Assembly (NCBI GenBank): GCA_002269645.1
Contig: NIVC01002790.1
Location: 76,217 to 140,216 of the forward strand
Length of the DNA stretch: 64,000 nt
DNA from: Macrostomum lignano
Lineage: Eukaryota
Direction: 5' to 3'
Both the position numbers and the translations under genes were made by a program. Below are positions 58,209-64,000 of the stretch, piece by piece (the first letter of the stretch is position 1; each line of letters starts with the position of its first letter). The notes below the pieces were generated by a model. That model did no database searches. It was not told where the DNA came from and saw only the letters and a list, made by a program, of their open reading frames with translations.

Positions 58209-58615
58209 GATTCCGGCCGCTAGTAGCCGAGCCCATCCTTGAAGAGGAGTCCGACTACGAAGCGCCCGAAGACAGCCATTCAGAGCCGGACGCCCCCCCT
58301 GATTCTGGGCCGGCTGCGCCATCTGGTGGCATAGGCGCCGCGGTTCCCGGGCCATGCGACCGCCGGGCCGCCAGCGAACCAGCGTCCGGGGCCGGTTGGC
58401 ATCCGGTACCACCGCCGTTGTCAGCCCGAGCGCACGCTCCGCCGCCGGTAGCCGCGGTGACGCCCGTGGCTGCCGCTCCACAGCCCTTGCCAACCCCTGT
58501 GGTGGAGACCGACGGCTCCTGGCATTTGGTCGTGCTGTCGACGGCCCTAATAGCCGGTCTCACAATGCACTGGCTACTGCTCTTGGAGCTATTTCTGCGG
58601 CTTCCCAACTGCTGA
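58209..58615 (+). CDS. Putative antisense accessory exon inside the LTR element: acidic/Pro-Ala-rich region plus C-terminal hydrophobic segment, about 135 aa
   Basis: Pyrimidine-rich acceptor ...ATTCTCATTTTCAG at 58208. Stop-free frame FRPLVAEPILEEESDYEAPEDS...WHLVVLSTALIAGLTMHWLLLLELFLRLPNC*. Upstream TATA (57349) and GTAAGT donor (57456). No unambiguous AUG. Confidence 0.45.
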
Positions 58616-59203
58616 TGCTGGTGGTTCTTAATGCTTACTTACTAATTCTGAACCATCTGTCCCCATAACTTGACTTTAATTACTTACCTGACTTTACATT
58701 GACTAAACCACTGGCCTACTCTAAACTAATTGCTGCCCCATTTGCCTGATAAACTTAATTACATTGAATGCCCCCCCTATTGCCTCATCGAAACCAATTA
58801 AAAGTTTCCCAAAATCGGACTTTCATAAAGTGTGAACAAACACACGAAATCAGACCTAAAGGTGCTAATTTCCTACGGTCCCAGACTTCCATTGTTCCCA
58901 GAAAATCTTAAACAGCGGGGCAGGACCTCCTGTGGAGCAGACCCATAGAAATTTTACTAGTTTCCAAGTTAATATTTACTGATAGGGAATTAACGCATAC
59001 TGTACGGGCCTAATTTTCGAGCTAAAATCTTAGATATTTAAACAACACCAACGAGCACGAGGTCACAACATAAATTCGAGTAATAGAGGGCATACGTAAA
59101 TACGCGAAAAGCGGTCTCCAACGGGGCAACACGAGCAAAATTTCGACACGCGAATCGGGGGGGGGGGAATTAAGCAATCACTGGCTAGCTACCGATCTGT
59201 TAC

Positions 59204-59763
59204 TCAGCGGGGGTCGAATGGGAGACTCACACCTAGCAAGTAAACCTTTTCTGTTCGATAGTCTATGATAGCATGCGTACTGGCTAGAAAAGCACTACCC
59301 AGGAGGGAAACTGCTGCTGAATTGCCAACGACCAGAAAGAGGATTCTCACCTCTTCTAGCCCAATAACTGCTGTGAGGGTGGCCTGGCCTAGCATCTCTA
59401 ATTCATTGCCCGTGTAGGACACGGCCTTCACACATGGGGGCTCCAGGGCCTCCACACTCTGTCCGGTAATTTTAGTAAAGTCTTTGACTGTTAGCAAAGA
59501 CAGCGCACTGCCCCCATCTACCAGGAGGCGGGTGGGAACATTCTCAATTGGCAACTCTACAACAATATCTCTCCCGCGTTGTCCTCCAGCTGGTCTTGGC
59601 TGATAGAAATCGGGTACCTTCTCAAATCTAAACTTCTTGCTGGGCGGACGTGGCAGGTTAAGCTGGGCCCTAGAGAGGGAACGGGGCTGAGTTCGGGCCG
59701 GGCCATTCAGCCCTCCACGGGTTTCCCGAACCCGGGGGCTCTTCAGGCGTGGAAGGAGGAGGC
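59204..59763 (-). CDS. Retroviral-type aspartic protease with atypical active site (LLVDGGSALS), ends in a stop with no RT following
   Basis: LLVDGGSALSLL...VSYTGNELEMLGQATL...FLVV...SLLGSAFL is the retropepsin fold pattern. The frame is open from about 59763, overlapping the gag end in +1. Confidence 0.8.
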
Positions 59764-61150
59764 ATCAGAGCTTGCGCGCGCAGCTGGGCGAGCCTCTCCT
59801 GCCTCTCCCTGGTAGCCTCGTCTAACATATCTCTGCCCCACTCCTCTAAATCTTGCCTATGGCGATCAGGTGGCGCACGAAGCTGCAATTGCTGCTGCTG
59901 CACACCCGGCGCCGGCGGCGTGGGCGCCTCCTGAATTGCAAGCGGCGGGGGCTGGGGTTGGCGCCAGTTCCTACTGCTATTAGAGCCGCCCTGCCCCTGC
60001 CTCCAGTTCCTGTTGGGAGTGGCGGGGCGAGGGGGCCTCATCTGCTGGGGCAGCTGGGCAACAGACTCTGCTGTCGCCTTCATAGTTTCATTGAGCTGCA
60101 CCAGCTGGTTGCGCAGATCTTTTTGCGTTTGCTCTAGCGCGCCCAACCTCTCTTGCATCTCTGATAGGCCGTCACCGTCCTCCTCCGTCTCGTCAGCTTC
60201 CTGGTTCACCATCCTGACCCACTTGCGAGGGGGCCTGGGTGGCTGCTGAGGTTGCAGACGGACTTCGGTGCGGGACTCAGACCTGGGCGGGCCACTACTG
60301 TCCCATTTCCCGGCTAAGTCTGCGGCTTCTAACAGGGCTTGCTGCTGTTCTAACACCTGCTCAATTGTCTGCCAGCGACGGCTCAACAGATCTTGTCTGA
60401 CCTGGCGGGGGAGCTTAGCGTGTTCCAAGTAGGTGTACACGATTTCTTGTTCTCTCTGCTCACCCTGAATCTGCGGAAACATGGCCGTTATCTGAGATCT
60501 TATCATAGCAGCAAAAGCACTATGTGATTGGCCGGGTTTCTGGCTCAGATTCTTCAGCTTATTTCTCTTAGCCAGATCAGTGTTGGCCTCGCCCAACTGC
60601 TCTCCTAATCTAGATACGAACTGCTCAAAGGGCAATTGCCCGTCCAATCCTAAGGCTAAGTTCTGAAATTCACCTGGGAGGTGCGAGATGAGCACCTGCT
60701 TCCTAGCCTGATCTCCTACAGTTCTCTCCGCGTCCAGCTTGTAGATCATTCTCTCTACCCATTGCACAAAACAGTGTTCGCCGGGAGAGAACTTTTCTAC
60801 GTAGATTTTCGGCCTCTGGGCGTCTTGGCCCATGTTTAGCTGGTTAAACGCATTGGCTATAGCGGCAACTAAGTCTCCTAGCTGCGGACTGCCTGAGGAG
60901 GATTCTGGGCTGCGTCCGGGGGAGCAGCGGCGGCTGCTGCGTCACCCTGATTGGGAGCGGGAGCTGCTACTCCTTCATCTGGTTCCTCAACTACTACTGC
61001 TTCTGGAGGCTGAGGGACCTGGTTACCAGCGGCTGCGGCCATTGCGGCTGCGGGGGCGGCAACTGCTGGGGTGTCAGCGGCCGAGGGTGGTTGACCAGGG
61101 GCGTCTGCGCACACAGCTTCTACGACCCTATCTCCACGCGCCCGTGACAT
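59670..61150 (-). CDS. Gag (Ala/Pro-rich N-terminus 61150-60878, frame change, capsid-like domain 60941-59670)
   Basis: Capsid-like LKNLSQKPGQSHSAFAAMIRSQITAMFP motif, coiled-coil and Pro/Gln-rich tail, no CCHC knuckle. ATG at 61150 follows a strong acceptor at 61166-61167. Confidence 0.8.
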
Positions 61151-63498
61151 GTGAATGCCGGATAGCTGGGGGAGTACCCACCACCGGGAAGGAAAAGAAA
61201 AGAAAACCGGGGCAACTACAGGTAAAGACCGAAAAGTTGATCCGAAACACACAAACACACTCACACACACACAAACACAGACAAAACCCACATACTTGCG
61301 GCGTCGAAGAAAACAAATTGAAAAACGGGTGGCTCCACATAATTCCATTTAGGCAGTCCTAACGGCTTCACTCGGCAAAGCACACTGACTCAAACTGCGG
61401 CTACCACTACCAGTTGTCTATGGTACATCCTGACAGGGAAAAATTGGCTATTCAGAGAGACTTGACCTTCATTTTGCGGCCATGCTAGGGAACCCAAATG
61501 CCGACCGTAAACGGACTTACGGCACCTGTACAAATTCTCCCCTAGGGTTGCGCGCCGGACCCCATTTCCTTAAGAAAGCTACTACGAAGAAGCGTTGGCG
61601 CCTGGACCCAAAAACCCAAGTGGCGGAGCAATCCCCATGGAGGTCCTCCCACTTTACTGCCCTTGCACAGCCGGAAAACCGTCGGAGTCCAGTGGGGCTT
61701 CCACCTCAGGACTACCAATCTTGTACACGCAGCTTCACAAAAGGCGGGAATCCAGCTCCCCTACGTCTAGCAGAATCCACAAAAACCAAGACCTCCCCTT
61801 CTGTTCAGAGCGAAGGCGCGCAGCGGGAGTCCAGACTAAACTGTCCCCGAAGTTTTCAGGTTAGGCGGATTACAAGCCTGAAACTCTCGCCCGCTTTCCT
61901 AGGATAAACAGACCTAAGTGAGTATCTTCCTGAAATGCTTGCCCCTCCGATACTCCACCTTTGCTGCAGCTCGAAATAGCATACTTGGGACCTTTATCTG
62001 ATGGCGGAGAAAGTCCTACAGTTGTCAGCCTCTCCACTTTACTGTACTTGAACGCCCGGTTCTACCAGGAGACAGCGGTACCTCCATCTAGGTTATTCCA
62101 AGTTGCCAGAGACGTCAACCCGTCTTATTGACCTTGCGGGGCACTGGGTGGCACTCTATGTACCGGGGCTTTACATTAGGGGACTGCATGCAACCCTGCG
62201 TCTAAGCGCTTAGTGGGCTGCAGTGGCCAGAGGGGAAAAGAGTTGCGCAATAGCGCCTTCCTGGGCCAGGCTGACAAGTCGGGCAGGAGCGCCGTTCTAC
62301 CGGGTCGGGCTGATTGGCACACCCACCTCCCCTATCAGACTGACAGCAGGGGGGAGGAATTACTAAAGGAGGAGAATGCAGCAGGAAACATTACGAGATC
62401 ACTGGGGGCCACCAGACTTCCAGTACACCATTCCAATACTCACTGAACTCCACTATCAATAGGATACTATGGGATCTACTATTTCCAGCCACTGCACCAG
62501 CCCAAATGCAACCAAAGCAGTTACTACCGGGTCTGCAATACAGTGGGGAGAGTCAGCAGACACGTTGGGATCGAATCCCAGCCATGAAGGCACCAGGGGT
62601 TACCGCAGAATTCAGGTCCGGGCTGATCGCAGGTATTCCATAGGAGGTGACACTTTTTTTTTAGCCCGAGATTTTTGAGTCACACTGATACCCTACAGAG
62701 ATACAATCACACCGCTATTCCCATTCCTGCGAGACTTTGGTATCCCCCAATGTTTCCAAGGCCATGACTACTGCTTCCCTTACTATGCATATATAGCGAG
62801 TTCCCCATAGCCCTTGATAGCTGTTCATTCTAATGGACAAACAAAACACGCTCCGGTCTCTACGCATTTCTAGGATTAACTGAGCGATCAGGGAGAGCGA
62901 CTGTTACACTCCCCGAGTAAAAGAAAGAGGTAGGACAAAGGAAAGAAATGCTTCGCTTCCAGCTTCCCTGTGCTTGCGTGATGAGGCTTCCGTACCTGGC
63001 TGGCTGTCCACCTCAACACTCACACAGTTCTGCTGTAGGCTAGGCGAGAGAAAGAAAGGGAGGGGAAATAAAGCATATTACCATGAAATAGAAAGTGAGT
63101 CCGGAAAATTCACTTTCGCAGTTCTTCACACACTCCGTTACCAGGTAGCTATTCTGATTGTAATCAAATCCGCTCGTCTACCACTTCACACTTTCTAGCG
63201 CTGAAACTGATCGGCTAAATTAATTTTAAATTGAATCAGGGGCTTTTGGCGAATGAATGAATTTGGAAATTTCGAATGAATTGAACGAATTCGCAGCCCG
63301 AAAAATTTGAAAAGTTACATTAATATTTTTGGATTTTGTTGCCTCACGCCATGGGAGAAGAGAATGACGATTGGCGATTTTACGATTGGTAGATTTAGAC
63401 ATGGCACTCTTTGCGCTTCGGCCACCATTCTGAGGATGCCACAGGTGCGCTTGTCACATCTAAACCACCAGTCCGAAACTCAGCGCTGTTTGCACCAG

Positions 63499-63516
63499 AT
63501 CCCACCGCTGCCACCA
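63499..63516 (-). other. Primer-binding site TGGTGGCAGCGGTGGGAT, complementary to the 3' end of tRNA-Leu
   Basis: 18 nt, 3 nt from the 5' LTR end. The complement ATCCCACCGCTGCCACCA matches the metazoan tRNA-Leu(AAG/TAG) 3' end as I recall it. Confidence 0.85.
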
Positions 63517-63519
63517 TTT

Positions 63520-64000
63520 TGATGTAACCGCCCTTGTCGCCTGTCCGCTCCGTAGAGAGACGAACGCATGGCTAGAGGGGCAATGACCGTAGGCTGCCTA
63601 TGACGGGCAATGACCTGACGGACCTCCAGCACCAGACTGTCCCGCCCACATGATTAGTAGCTTTGGTAGCGCTTCGTGACCAGAGGGCCAAGGACCCACA
63701 TGGACCCCACCTGTAGCCAAGGTGCAATAGTTGGTCACTCGGTCATGGTATGACCGAGTGGCTGCCACCACTCTATGTGACCTGGCGCACCTGGATCTTT
63801 CTACCAGACCTCTCGAGGCTAGAGCCCCGCCTGGATTGGTTACCAGGGGATTTAGGCTAACAGGGGAGACGCATGCAGCCGAGTACAGGACTCTGCTTGG
63901 GGCATGATCGGGAACTCTGGGCTCAATCCTGTGAGGATTTCTCAGCAGGGGATCCTTTGTGGCTGTGAGCGAGGCTGAGCTTGCGACTTTGATTACTAAG
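63520..64000 (-). repeat. 5' LTR (partial, U5 end)
   Basis: Identical to 54529-55009 except four 1-bp indels. Confidence 0.95.

Larger units (their letters stand above)
54529..64000 (-). mobile_element. Ty3/Gypsy-like LTR retrotransposon (Gag-protease only), truncated by window end; predicted total about 11.2 kb
   Basis: Direct repeats start at 54529 and 63520. PBS, PPT, gag and aspartic-protease ORFs lie on the - strand. No RT, RNase H or integrase ORF was found in the 6.8-kb internal region. Confidence 0.9.

Noticed and set aside
61482-62678. Short + strand ORFs in the retroelement leader
   Set aside because: No recognisable motifs, splice context or compositional signal.

Overview
Metazoan (invertebrate) genomic DNA with spliceosomal introns, dense with mini- and microsatellites. 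The overall style resembles a flatworm such as Macrostomum, but that is an impression only. Host genes: (1) a sex-peptide/MIP-receptor-like class A GPCR (+), whose coding exon is split by a 3,035-bp Chapaev-type DNA transposon with CACAGTG termini, a 4-bp TSD and a single nonsense codon just before its catalytic Glu; (2) a nine-finger C2H2 zinc-finger gene (-); (3) casein kinase 1 delta/epsilon (-) with two frame-compatible alternative last exons; (4) CFAP52/WDR16 (+, 9 exons, about 640 aa) with an RFX X-box upstream; (5) a full-size ABCA transporter of the ABCA5/6/8-like type (+, 5 coding exons, about 1,677 aa). Mobile elements: an intact DD34D mariner, a decayed mariner, two tRNA-derived CORE-SINE copies and several MITEs. 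At the right end is a very young, roughly 11-kb Ty3/Gypsy-like LTR element (-) with 2.2-kb LTRs and a tRNA-Leu PBS. It encodes only Gag and protease (no RT, RNase H or integrase seen) and carries what looks like an antisense, spliced accessory gene for a Pro/acidic protein with a C-terminal hydrophobic segment. Most long ORFs in the supplied track are artefacts of tandem repeats. All coordinates and alignments were derived by eye and no database searches were run.
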